Shown here: positions 1-14,506 of the stretch, piece after piece | Layout of the letters: each line of letters begins with the position of its first letter | How positions within the stretch are numbered: position 1 is the first letter of the stretch | Assembly: GCA_001600815.1 (NCBI GenBank) | Contig: BCKZ01000005.1 | Coordinates: 381,532-445,531 of the forward strand | DNA from: Alloascoidea hylecoeti | Taxonomy: Eukaryota | Direction: 5' to 3' | Length of the DNA: 64,000 nt | Made by a program: the position numbers and the translations under genes | Notes under the pieces: model-generated | Seen by the model: only the letters and a program-made list of their open reading frames with translations | What the model was told of the DNA's origin: nothing | Databases searched by the model: none

Positions 1-1000
1 TATTTAAATAAACAGGTTGATGATCTGAAGTATCAATTCCTTTAATTGAATCATAGGTATGAACAATAGCAGGATCTGTTAAATATTGTTTAAATAATAT
101 TCTATCACACCATGATGGTGTTCTTTTTGTTGTATATATTCCTGGTTTTCCTAAAACAAATTTATAAGTAGGATTAAATGAAATTTTTGCTTCATCAAAT
201 CCAAAAAATGCATCATTTTGTTGGATAACAAGAGATAATTCATCAACTGTAGTAGCAGAATTTTTTAATAATGGGACAGATTCAGTATCAAAAGAAATTC
301 TTTGTGTTTCAACAAATCCTGGATTAAGACTAGTAGATGCTGCATCATTGCTATGATCTGGAACTTCTGTCACTTGAGCTCTATAATTTAAATCACCCAT
401 AAAAAATAAATGTGAACCAGGTTTATATAATCCATAACCATCACCAAAATCCAAATATTTAGCAATACTTAGGAAATCATGATTTCTTTTAATACGATTT
501 GTAAGTCCTTCATTTGCAGCCAAATGAGCATCAACAAAAGTAAATTCAGTTTGTTCATCTTCTGATAGTTTAAGCTTAAAACGAATCCCCACAGCACCTT
601 TCAGACTAGAAAAGAAATAACCTGTACTTGTTGATCCTTTTAATACAGATGATTTTATGACTGAATTAGGAATAGAAGTATAAATCGAAATGTATATTGC
701 ACCAACTGATCTTGAACCAACCTTTGTATATAATGCTTCCACATCCCCATTTGTATACTTATCCTCTAATGATTTTTCAATTATATTATCCAAATGTGAT
801 GTGAATGGTAGAGTTGAAGTTGCAAAAGAAGCATCCATGATGGGGCAGATCTCTTCAAATCCAAATACAACTAGATGGGGTGGTATATCTGGTAGGACAA
901 AGCCTAGTCTTGGAACCAAAACATCGCTTGGGGGTGAGGCTTTGGCACAATTGTAAGTGAATAAAAAAAGGTCGATTCCGTCGATCAAACTTGACGGCAT
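1..1000 (-). CDS. INP54: Inositol polyphosphate 5-phosphatase, Inp54-like (3' end outside window)
   Basis: Manual translation from ATG at 1000: MPSSLIDGIDLFLFTYNCAK...VFGFEEICP...KGAVGIRF...AHLAANEG...FFMGDLNYR...PTYKF...KRTPSWCDRI. These are the 5-phosphatase motifs GDLNYR and PSWCDRI. Absent from the ORF track because the stop lies off-window. Confidence 0.88.
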   Translation of the reverse strand, partial: MPSSLIDGIDLFLFTYNCAKASPPSDVLVPRLGFVLPDIPPHLVVFGFEEICPIMDASFATSTLPFTSHLDNIIEKSLEDKYTNGDVEALYTKVGSRSVGAIYISIYTSIPNSVIKSSVLKGSTSTGYFFSSLKGAVGIRFKLKLSEDEQTEFTFVDAHLAANEGLTNRIKRNHDFLSIAKYLDFGDGYGLYKPGSHLFFMGDLNYRAQVTEVPDHSNDAASTSLNPGFVETQRISFDTESVPLLKNSATTVDELSLVIQQNDAFFGFDEAKISFNPTYKFVLGKPGIYTTKRTPSWCDRILFKQYLTDPAIVHTYDSIKGIDTSDHQPVYLN

Positions 1001-1303
1001 AATTGATTTGAATGATAATGTATCGATAAATGATACAGTTTGACGTTAACCTTAAGGAAGGTACTAAACATCCCGTAATTTAGCAGAATAACTTACGGGA
1101 ATATAATCCCACACACAATATAATTATAATAGTGACCTTAACCTACTTACTTAATATAATTATAACAATGATCATGATGTTTCCACAGACTTCCGTAATA
1201 TCATGATGTGGAGTCTATAAAAATGGAGAGACCAATTTATTGATTTTTTTTTTGTTCTTATATTTATTTTCATTCTTTTATTCATTTGGCAGTTAACTTA
1301 TAA

Positions 1304-3822
<2,519 letters not shown>

Positions 3823-4189
3823 ATTAAATGCATACGGATAACTGATCCTTTTCTTAATCTTGATATAGTACATATTATATAACGTATTTATTTGTTAGCA
3901 TTTATAATTAAGCTCAATTTCAGAAAATAGGTATGTAGTTTAACGGGAAAAATTAATATTAGTATATTAAAATGAGTTAGAACAGGGTCATATTAATGGG
4001 AATGTCAACTCACAATTAGTATTCATAAACCTTGTTATATGATAAGGTTTCACATATCGGTGTGGTTGATGTCAGCAAATACCATATATCAGGGTAGCTG
4101 AGGTCACTAAATAGATCGATTATAAATTCCGAATATGTTATTAATACAGAATAAGACTATAGCTACCATTATTAGTACCATACCTGTAC

Positions 4190-5866
4190 CTATAGTAATC
4201 CCTGTTTCTTTAAATCGTGATACACTTTTTCAGACATAACATTACCTTCTTCATCCTCCATTTCAATTACATTTTCCTTGATACCGTCTTCTGTTTTTTT
4301 CTGCTTTTCTATCTTCTTCCAAAGTTCTAACGCCTCATTAATACTTGTGATACCTTTAAACGATATACTCGGCTCTATTCCAAGAAATTTTAGACCATTG
4401 CAATGCTGAACATCAACAAAATGCTTTTCAAATGTCTTTTGGCCCTTGTATGTTATGTTACCACAAATTTCACATTTATGTTTGATTCCAAGACCTTGTA
4501 ATTTCCATAACCAAAAAGGGATTGGATTTCCATCAAAACCAAGAGGTAAATTCAAAGGATTACCAGCATCAGCAGTATCAGATTCTTCGTCTGAATCCTT
4601 GTCGTCATTATGATTTTTATCCGTATTTAATAACTCTTGTTCATATTCTTCTTGTTCCCGTTCAAAGGCTAATATATCATCAAGTCGATCAGAAGGTAAT
4701 AAGCGCTTCCGTCTCTGTACTTCGTCGGAAGTATCTGCCACCTTCGAGCCAAATAGCTCCGCTAATTCTTTTACTTTATATTCATATAAACCAATTTTTT
4801 TTTGTTTTGAAGAGGAATCATTTGTTTCTGTATTTCCAACAATATCATTTAAAGCTTTTGCTGCCCGTTTATGTTTTTTTCCATTCAAATGACCTTTATA
4901 AACTGTTTCTTTTGAGAAATATTTATCACAGGCTTTACAAAAAATACCTTTTACTGTCTCTTTTCCGTCAACTTCAAATTTTTTAGAATTATTCTCCCAT
5001 TCCTTCTCAAAATCTTGTTCGATTTTTAATATCGTATGTTTCGGGTTCGATAAAGGTTGTGTTTTTAAGAGAAAGTTCTCCAAATAATTGGCTAGTTGTG
5101 AAATATAATCAAAATACTCTGTATCATTTTTGACAGCCAGAGGTAAATCATCAATTTTATTGAAAGTTAATAAATATTCTTCATATGTGTTCTTAACAAG
5201 TACTGACTTCATATTTAAATATTGACCATGATTTTTAACTAAGTCCAAGTATTGTCCATATCTCTCTTCATCCGAGAATAGAGAATCAATATTTAAATCA
5301 GCTGCAAAATCACTTAATACCGATAGTCTGGTATGTTCTAAGTCTTCTATCAGTTTTGGTTTAGATCCAGGTATATTCATTTTATATAAATTACCCAAAT
5401 CTTCAACTTTTTGATTTGGATATCTCCTATGATAATCTTTAATTTTATCTATTTGAGAATGAAGTTGGTTAAAATTCATTTCAGGGTCATTAATTTCTTC
5501 AATTTCTTTTTCTCGTGATTCAAAATCGGTTAAAGATGATGAAGCTTCATCAGTTAATTTTTTCTTTTTATTAAGATTGCCATTAATATGACCATTACCA
5601 TTCTCAACTTTACTATCATCATATAGACTTCTCTTTAAAAATAAACATTGTTTTTCATATTGATCTAAAAACTTTTTGATTTCATGTTGTTGTATTAAAA
5701 ATTCTTTTAAATTTCGTTTCCTATTACTACTTCCTAAATTTCCTAGACCATTTGCAGTTGAACCGGTGAAAAGTTTCGGATTTCGGCGAAATCTATCCGC
5801 TATTGCTTGTTCAATCTGTTCAAGTTCTTCAAGTGCTGATCTTTGACTTTCAAGTGTTGTTGTCAT
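4190..5866 (-). CDS. PRP9: U2 snRNP SF3a subunit 3 (Prp9/SF3a60)
   Basis: FSDEERYGQYLDL, C2H2 finger CKAC...HLNGKKH, NPLNLPLGFDGNPIPFWLWKLQGL, CEICGN finger, and terminal EMEDEEGNVMSEKVYHDLKKQGLL. Confidence 0.95.
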   Translation of the reverse strand: MTTTLESQRSALEELEQIEQAIADRFRRNPKLFTGSTANGLGNLGSSNRKRNLKEFLIQQHEIKKFLDQYEKQCLFLKRSLYDDSKVENGNGHINGNLNKKKKLTDEASSSLTDFESREKEIEEINDPEMNFNQLHSQIDKIKDYHRRYPNQKVEDLGNLYKMNIPGSKPKLIEDLEHTRLSVLSDFAADLNIDSLFSDEERYGQYLDLVKNHGQYLNMKSVLVKNTYEEYLLTFNKIDDLPLAVKNDTEYFDYISQLANYLENFLLKTQPLSNPKHTILKIEQDFEKEWENNSKKFEVDGKETVKGIFCKACDKYFSKETVYKGHLNGKKHKRAAKALNDIVGNTETNDSSSKQKKIGLYEYKVKELAELFGSKVADTSDEVQRRKRLLPSDRLDDILAFEREQEEYEQELLNTDKNHNDDKDSDEESDTADAGNPLNLPLGFDGNPIPFWLWKLQGLGIKHKCEICGNITYKGQKTFEKHFVDVQHCNGLKFLGIEPSISFKGITSINEALELWKKIEKQKKTEDGIKENVIEMEDEEGNVMSEKVYHDLKKQGLL

Positions 5867-5923
5867 TTGGGATGATAAATTGATTTTTCATATAAAGATT
5901 TTTTGAATTGATGTTAGATTAGT

Positions 5924-5935
5924 ACACCCGTACAT
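5924..5935 (+). promoter_or_regulatory. Rap1-consensus site upstream of PRP9
   Basis: ACACCCGTACAT matches the ACACCCRYACAY consensus, 58 bp upstream of the PRP9 ATG. Function in this species is untested. Confidence 0.3.
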
Positions 5936-6144
5936 CAAACTCTTTTTCTAGACCTTATCATTTTATTATAGACCATGTTGACAATTCAGTAGAACTGAAA
6001 CGTCCATAATTAAGTTTAAGATACAAAAGATTTTATCCTTTATTCGGAAAATTCAGTCATTTTACAGGAATTGATCATGATTAATAAGGTTAATAATAAT
6101 ATATTTTATCTATACTTCTACAGTTCATTTGCTACATATATCAT

Positions 6145-6395
<251 letters not shown>

Positions 6396-6556
6396 CCAAA
6401 TCCAGAAATGAAATAGTACTGTAAATGTACTTTCGCTATAATATATCACTAGGGAAAGATTAATTAAATCCACAATAAAAGAAAAAAGAAAAAAAAAAAA
6501 AAAAAGAAAGATAAATATAGATTTAAACATTAGAAAATTTGTTTAAACGAAGAGAT

Positions 6557-7672
6557 CTAATAACTTTGATTGAATACGGATGTTGCTTGATAACTATAGC
6601 GACTCATCATATTGTCTATTTCAAGCTCTTTGAGAGAATAGGGGTCGAGGGTCGGTAGTGGAGCATATGAGTTATTGTTACTTATATACGTGCTCAATTT
6701 TGTAGGGAGACCTTTGTAGGAAATTGATTCAGGTATTGTAATATTATTTTGTGAATTTAATGTATCATATGAACTACTGGAGGACAAGGAGTTTTCTGAA
6801 CCAGAGTTCACTAAAGATGGTGGATAGGAAGAATCAAGTGATGATTCTGACATGTCCCTTATTAATTGATATGTTGGAGAATCTAATGATGAAGAAGTTT
6901 TATGGTTTATGGATCGTGTGACATTTTTGTTAGTGTATGAGATTGGACTAACTAGTAGCTGTTGAGGACCCTGGGTAAGTGTATTATCTTTTTCGTCTAT
7001 AGACCTGTTATAATTGTGGTTATGTCTTTTATGGCCCACTCTAACTGGAGAAGTTGGATTGACAATAATTGAACATAGCCTATTACGTTGTTTTTGTGAA
7101 TTGCATGAAAGATCTCTTCTAATTTGACTGCTACTTTTAATATCGTGCTTAATTGGTTCTAGGAACGGCCTTAAACTTTTGTATAAGTCTTGTTCTGTTA
7201 TCCTTAAATTCCAATCAAGTAAGAAAAGAAGTTGTCGTTCCATTAAGTTGACGTCTTCAGTAGTGAAAAGTCCATCTGTGTAACCAGCCCAATGCTTATT
7301 TTTAGGTGACGAATCATTGAGATTCTTTGCTGCTAGGATAAGACAAGCCAGAAAGATTCTGTGTAGAGTGCAAGGCATTCCTTGGGCATCACTTGGTAGT
7401 TTGGCTTGAAGTCTTTCCAAATAAACAAGTGATGACATGAGCGTTGATGGATAAACGTTTGTGTACCGAACTAAGCGATTAATGAATGTCATTAAAGATG
7501 GCAATTGCCTCTGGCCTTTGACATTATTTGGTGAAGAAGGTGGGGAAGGGTAGGAGGTATTTTCATGCTTTGGAACGTTCAGAACTTTGAGGGTTTGTGA
7601 AACGAGATAGGCTATCATACCCTGGGAAACGGGTGATTTAACAAAGATCCTTAGAGCTGCTGCATTAGACAT
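6557..7672 (-). CDS. PCL1: Pho85 cyclin, Pcl1/Pcl2 subfamily
   Basis: LPSLMTFINRLVRYTNVYPSTLM...GMPCTLHRIFLACLILAAKNLNDSSPKNKHWAGYTDGLF...NLMERQLLFLLDWNL. Pcl1 versus Pcl2/9 not resolvable by eye. Confidence 0.9.
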   Translation of the reverse strand: MSNAAALRIFVKSPVSQGMIAYLVSQTLKVLNVPKHENTSYPSPPSSPNNVKGQRQLPSLMTFINRLVRYTNVYPSTLMSSLVYLERLQAKLPSDAQGMPCTLHRIFLACLILAAKNLNDSSPKNKHWAGYTDGLFTTEDVNLMERQLLFLLDWNLRITEQDLYKSLRPFLEPIKHDIKSSSQIRRDLSCNSQKQRNRLCSIIVNPTSPVRVGHKRHNHNYNRSIDEKDNTLTQGPQQLLVSPISYTNKNVTRSINHKTSSSLDSPTYQLIRDMSESSLDSSYPPSLVNSGSENSLSSSSSYDTLNSQNNITIPESISYKGLPTKLSTYISNNNSYAPLPTLDPYSLKELEIDNMMSRYSYQATSVFNQSY

Positions 7673-8019
7673 TATTAGATTGAGATTGTAAATGAATTAA
7701 GGGATGTATTAATATTGACAAATATGGATGAAAAGAGATATATTCCAAAAACTGGTAGAAAGACTGTTTGATTGACTGTTAAAATAAAAGAGATCAAATC
7801 AGGCAGAGCATTGATATTTATATCTATCCTGATAGATAAATCAGAAGGAGGTTTATTAACAGTTAATAATTATTATGCACCTCATGTAAAATCGAACTCG
7901 CGTACATACAGTAACCCCTGTCTGCGTCGGACTACCCCTGCAACCCACTTTGGGTAATATGGTGGTATGCATGCAGTAAGCTAACCCCTTTTGGCTTGTT
8001 ACCTAAATTTAAGTGGGTT

Positions 8020-8026
8020 TTTCGCG
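8020..8026 (-). promoter_or_regulatory. SCB-like (CGCGAAA) G1/S element upstream of the PCL gene
   Basis: TTTCGCG on + strand, about 350 bp upstream of the ATG. A second ACGCGA core lies near 7898-7903. PCL1/2 are G1-expressed in S. cerevisiae. Confidence 0.45.
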
Positions 8027-8199
8027 TCGTGTTTAATTTATATTTCCACAGTCTGTTGAGCCCCTTCAAGTTTCATCACACAAAATAAATATTAATATTA
8101 AATTAAATGTTTCAACCTTTGATTATCATGCCTTAAAGTTTCAATGAATTTCGTAATGAATTTTACAATAAGATTTTTAATATTCTTAGAATTAGAATC

Positions 8200-8560
8200 C
8201 AAGTGTCTTGAAATTTGAATTACCCTGGTCGAGACTTTTGAGGAATCTTCGAATATCTGCATTCTGTGCTACTTGATTATCGCTAGAACTAATTACGAGA
8301 GCTGGTACAACACTTTGTAGCTATAAGTAGTGAATGTTCTCACCTTTTAGTACTTCACTGCTCTAGCAATCAATTTTTTTCTAGGTTATCATCAAGTTGC
8401 CTCATCGAATTGACTCCGAAATCACCTGTAACTATTAATAATTCTGAGCATCGATTATAATTGGTGGCTATATATATTTATAGACCTGTCAAACTGAATA
8501 AATTATAATACAATAAGTATTATAAATGAGGATTATATTAATATTTAGAAACAGTTCTAG
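8200..8560 (-). mobile_element. Possible decayed LINE AP-endonuclease fragment
   Basis: Minus frame LNINNILIYNTYCIIIYSV*QVYKYIATNYNRCSELLIVTGDFGVN resembles the EEP 'INVY ... IVxGDFN' motif pair. Contains stops. Confidence 0.35.
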
Positions 8561-10899
8561 ATGAGCGCCAAATTGAAAGCCTGGTACCTCACCGCACTTC
8601 AAAATGTGAAATATACTCAATTGCTATCTACCTCTTACCTCTTTAGTACTAATATTGTAATGTAAATTTTGAAAAGTTTTTACCTATTATGCGGCCACTG
8701 TTCTGCAACTAATGCTTCTATTATTATAGTTATACATAACGAGTCTGCAATTAAATCTGCAATTTGTTACACATATAAAATCATTTGCTCAATGGTTCAT
8801 CTCCGGCCTTACAATTCATTGGAACCACTTGAAATTGATTCCAATTCTCATCTGGATCTCACTATAAGTTTCATATAATTATTTTTGTTTGATACCACAA
8901 CAAAATCTCCACAACGATCTCATATTCTTTACCTCCATGTATAAGTGCAGAATGTGATTGACCATGGATTTGCACATAATAAGAGTTTAAAATCATTAGC
9001 ATGATTTGCTTACCAGCCCATTACATCCGTTTAGTCTTTGTCAACTCAGGGTTGTTTCCTCGTGTCCGCCACTCCCGAGTTGGAGGCAGATGACATAGCC
9101 GTGAAGCATGGTTTTCAACTTTTCATTATATATTAACAGATAGTGGCGAGTAGCTGCCTTGTTCCGCCAATTCCTATAATAATAATCCAATTAATATTTC
9201 ATAGAACAATATATTAAACCGGTTAACCTAATTCAATTACCCCTAGATCAATTGCAAAATTACACATATTAGGTTTAGATATAATATAGTATCTTGCACT
9301 TATAATCATGATCATATATAATAGTGTCATTTAAAATCTTCTACATCCTTTAAAATGTGGAATAAGCTCAATAATTATAAAGTTATGCTAACAATATTCA
9401 CATTGCGCACTTCCTTGATCTAAGCCTTTACGATTGCTTCAAACTAATGAATCTAATAATTATATTTTTATATAACGCTTATAATTAACCAAATGTAGCG
9501 AATGACTAGTAATTGCTTTAAATATAAGTTATAGTATGATGTGTGTGTGTGTATATCTAAGCCTTTTCCCTCCCAAGTTTAGTCTACCTATAAGTGAACT
9601 CCTTACAGTCTGAGCCTACATGTAGAAAAAAAGGCATCCGAGATTATTCATCTGGAGACTTGCGAGCATAATGAAATATTAATTTTGGGATTGCAAACGA
9701 ATTAAAGATCAAGAAGGGGCTATGTATTGTTTTGTTACGATAACTTCCGATGAGCCGTTATGGCCGGTAACACCACAGGACCTAACGTATAACATTATCC
9801 CACCCAACATATATTAATAGTTTTTTATATAGTTTATATGCGACACTGAGTGTTGCGGTACCGATGGCTATGGTTAGTGATCATATAATTCTAATTAAAT
9901 TCTAACGGTTATGATGGCTGAAATATACCATATACCACATAATTAATAAACGCTATAATCTACGCGTATATTTGTTTTTGATCATTAGATATAAATGGAA
10001 AATAAAAGAGTAACAAAACGTCTAGGATCTTAATATTCATACTTTTAGAACATAGGACAGAGAAAGATATAGAAATCGAATTTGCCTAGGGTGTAAATAA
10101 TACAATTGTACCTTTAAATTATTAATATTAGTAATATTAGAATCTCCCGTGCTTAAACTAGTGGTATTCGAATAATGGGATATGCATATAAACATTTCTC
10201 TTCGATATTCTTTCATTACAGGAAAAGTTTCAAGTGTCCATATGGAAATTGATTAATAGAATTCAGCATTTATTGGTATAAGCAATTTAAAGTTTGCTCT
10301 AAAGGACGAATTTATCACTAAAACACATGGTATTCAAATAATTAATTATAAGGTACAGGAACGTTAACAATAAAAACGCTCCTACCTTTTAACATAAATT
10401 ATTTATAATTATACTTAAGTTACCATGTGAAATCAATCTTAATTAAGAGCAATTGAGTCCCAAAAGAGTCAGATGATGGACTATACAACCCAGTTCCTCT
10501 TCCTTTTTTTACTAAAACACGCTGCTAATCTTTAGTTTAGACTTAAAGTGATATGTCAAGAGTTATGGTTATAGTTATAGCGTGTTTGTTAACTTATACA
10601 AGGCTAGTCATCGCGTCTGTATTTAAGTTTTAACGCATATGCACGTGGTTCAGATCAACTTGGGGCTATCTTATATCGATACTTCACCTTATAATTAGGA
10701 TTATTCTATTTTATCTATATTTCTCATGTATAGGGAAGGTTAAGTATCAAACACGGATGTGCTATATACAAAGCGCGAGGATATGTGCACGATAAGAAGC
10801 ACAAAAACTAAAACTTTTTTTTTTTAAATTTGAAGGTTTAAGGATTGTAAATCAGCATTTGGCACCAGGTGGAAAAAATGATCTCCAGATCGGTCACCA

Positions 10900-12070
10900 T
10901 TTCCACGGTTTCATCAATGTTAAGATTAGGTAAAATCTTGGAAAAAACTCCTCACACCTGAGTTAACTCTAAAAGATGGTCCATTCAAGTTTTCCAGTGG
11001 ACTGAGTGCTCTACGTGGCTCTGGTACATCTATAAAGTAGCGCCGATAATACTTCTCAAACATATGCAGCAGATGAGGAACCATTTCACCAAAAACCAAA
11101 TGTTTTTCAATAAAATAGGTCAACTACCTCATATTTTGTTTACTAACCTCTTTAGTGAGATCTCCGTATGAAATTGATGTAGTTCCAATCAACTTAGTTG
11201 TGTCTTTTCAAGACTTATTCTCGATTGAATGGTGATATAAGGCATATGAATACCTATTTTCTTGAAACCAGCATGTTTTTGGAGATCAATGGCTGGTTTT
11301 GACACTTATCATACAGTTTCCATACGTCAAATTTATCTATAGACACGTAGTTTCTTGTCAGAGTTAGGTAGATTGTCTTAGTTTCATTTCCTGAAAGAAT
11401 CCCTCAAACTACTGTAGCAATAATTGAGACACCTTCGTGTTCAGAGTTGGTACTAACACCTTAACCGATTAATTCACCCCACCGAGCATACATCCGGTTT
11501 TATCTAAGTTTCAGATGTTCCTTTTATTATAGCTATACTGATATTTGTTGAATGACCACTGTAACCAGTTGTGGAAATATGACACGTCTTCACTGTTTGA
11601 AGCAACTAATTAATGTGAAGGCATCCAGTGTGTTTGGGCCTATATTTCAGCCCAGGATTCCCATTATTAAAGGCTCAGAATCATCCGTCACCCATATAGT
11701 GTTCTTTTTAACAGATTTTTTGAAAGTTTTACAATTGTTTGGTTTTATTTAAAATACGTGTCTCTATTATACTTTATCAACGACAAGAAGAAAATTGTGG
11801 TATCTCTCTGAGGCATAGTCAAGCTTTGCCATTTCCTAAATATTGCTTGAGATATCGATTTCAGTCTCCTGTAGAACAGTAAGCTTTTGCATCAACTAGT
11901 TGCTAATGTCTTTAGAAACAACATATCAATTCTACATCGTAGTGCACTATCACTCACTCCGTAATCTATAGAATAGAGTTTTCTGTTTTTGAACCTTTCT
12001 CATGATTAGTTTCTGAGAGAATTTTGGGTATGAGTTTGGGTATCTTGAGAAATTAGATTTTACGGAGCAT
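10900..12070 (-). mobile_element. Decayed pogo/Fot1-like (DDE_1) DNA transposase
   Basis: Minus frame near 11470-11590 reads YFHNWLQWSFNKYQYSYNKRNI*NLDKTGCMLGG, then SVKVLVP and EHEGVSIIATV. This resembles the pogo/Fot1 I(W/Y)NxDETGxxxG...E.VT.I region. Outer boundaries are approximate. Confidence 0.6.
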
Positions 12071-13135
12071 GGTATCTCGAAATGATTTTCTTATATTCGT
12101 ATCAAATTATGGATATATAAAAGTTTCAATGTGATTTTGTTTATAATTATGCAGAATTTATATGTTTATATGTGAACTATCAAAGTCATATTTTGTCAAT
12201 CTTTTCCCCATCTAGCTATAATTCTTTAATATTATAAGTAGTAAAAGAGTCAATTACTACTGAACATTCGTGTCTGTACTGATACCATGTCGATCACAAC
12301 TAATAGGATAATGCAAATAATATAATATTGTGGATCGAATTAACTTCAGATTTGCTCACACCCGTTTAAGCTGGATCTTTGATGCAAGATTAGTTAAAGT
12401 TTTGAATGGGGTTTGAAGGTAACTTGCCATATGCTATCACGTTAGCTAACACTGTAGATCGATTCATCGAAGCGGGTGACTACGTATAGGTATATTTAGT
12501 TTATATTCATATATAGTAACTACTACTTACTTATTCGATTAGGAGGGTCAATCAGTCTATTCTTATAACTTAAGCGTATAATATGTTACAGTAGAAAAAT
12601 AGTATTACCCATTTCAGCTTATAATCATACAGCTAGAAGCCAAATATTCGGGCCAGCTAATGATGGTTAGATACAGCTATATGATATGAATATGAGCATT
12701 TAAAGGTATATCTAAGAGTTAGTACTCAGTGCTCAGGATATAAAATATCAATATGGTTCAAATCATAGTTTAGAACACCAGAGATTTAAGCCTATATATG
12801 GTATAAAATTAAAACTTGAAACAATCATGAAATTTTACGATTATATATATTCCAACACCGGCAAGTTTTTTCTGTTCATATTTATGAACATTTACCACAT
12901 GTATTATAGTTCGATATGAACTTGTGATTTTTCGGAGACTCTCCAAGAGAATCCCAACTTTTGAAAAATACCTTCGAATGACTATTACTTCTATAACTCC
13001 TTGAAGTGAGATTCTAGATAATTGTAGTTCTAAAAAGGATTGTAACCAACCAAGAGGCTTGAAATATGTAATCTGAGTAAACATAGCGTTCCATTTTCCG
13101 AAATAGGCTGATGTCTTAATATTAACTTTTCAACT

Positions 13136-14000
13136 GTGCGGTTACACTGTAAAGAAATATGCCAACCACTCTTCTGGTTTAACAACCTCCTCGAACGAAA
13201 GAAGATACGAAACTTTCAGAAAGGGGCAGTGAAAATTCTGAAAATTGTAAAAGCTTTCCCTTTCAACACGTCTAAAGATCTGGTTTCAAAGTTCAGCATT
13301 AAAATGTCAAACACCTTCTGCAAAAACATGAATATTAGATATTATCTAAATAAAAAAAAGCCTAAAGATAAGGAGTCACTGTCTGAAGATAGATTGGAGT
13401 GGTTTCAGGATGCTGGTGGTGTTATATTGATTGACAAATGTTGGGTCGTTACAGGGTGTGGATCCCGAAAAGTATATGCTTAATCATAGTCAGGTCAAGT
13501 CCTCGGACTTCAAGCATTTATAAAATAAGGAATTATATGTCTGTAAGTATTATGGTATGGGATTAAATTTAAAAAGGATGTCGTTCTTCACTGTATATAT
13601 TGGTCGGGGATCCTAATAATACTAAGGAGTTCCCACACAGAACTTTTTGAGAGGTCTTGGATGAGACTCATGAGTGCTCCATATTAAAGGAGGAATACAC
13701 ACTCTAATAGAATATAAGCTATAATCACGGAGAAACAGTTTTGTGGCAAGGAGATAGACTTGATGGGGTGGCTATTCACTGGGCTTGAATCCAATTGATC
13801 GCATTTGGAATCACAAGACAGGAACGGAACAAATCAACATCGTGTAGAAGGAAAGAGATATCTATTATTCGAGTTTTTCTCAAACCTCATGGATCAGAAT
13901 ATCATTGATAATCTGATTTACACGATGCCTTGAGCTTTTATGTAGACTATATGTAGACTAATAGAAGTTTAAGTATCTACAGAACATCATGTACTATTCT
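13136..14000 (+). mobile_element. Decayed Tc1/Impala-like (IS630-Tc1-mariner) transposase
   Basis: Collinear motifs: KKKPK...EDRLEW, VILIDKCWVVTG (first D), VSIMVW..I..GCRSSLYILVGDP (13543+), and EIDLMGW/YSLGLNPIDRIWNH (about 13751-13815; corresponds to SPDLNPIE.W). Contains stops and frameshifts. Confidence 0.82.
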
Positions 14001-14506
14001 AAGGACTGTTTAAGGCTTTGGAGAATGCCCACTAATTGGTTATAATATTGGCTGTTTTTTTTACGGAGGGATCTATTATTACGATCTCAAGAAAATTATT
14101 ATCTTTCAACATTCAAACAATTATTTAAATATGAGTGGGTGGCCGAGTATATATCGATAAAAATTTTATTTATATGTGTAGTGTGTGTGTATCTTTTCTA
14201 GAATTATTGATTTAATACTACATTTAATCGGTATACATATAGAGTAGAGAACATCAAAAATGTTTTTGGATAGATAGAAACATAGATATAGAGTATAACT
14301 GTTTCTACTTAACTATTGAATACTCTAGTCATAACCTAGATTAGACTCATTCATATAGCCTACATATAAGATTTTATATTGATAAAAGATGAGGTTAAAG
14401 AGGCTGATTAATTATTGCATATAGTTCTTTGCTTGACTCATTTTCTCAATGGTGTAATTGAATTTAACTGTTTAAGCCTAGATGTTCAATTTCAACCTTT
14501 AAATCC

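Noticed and set aside
690..956. 88-aa plus-strand ORF
   Set aside because: Antisense shadow of the INP54-like gene.
12468..12488. ACGTAGTCACCCGC as a pogo/Fot1 terminal repeat
   Set aside because: No matching partner found on the other side of the relic.
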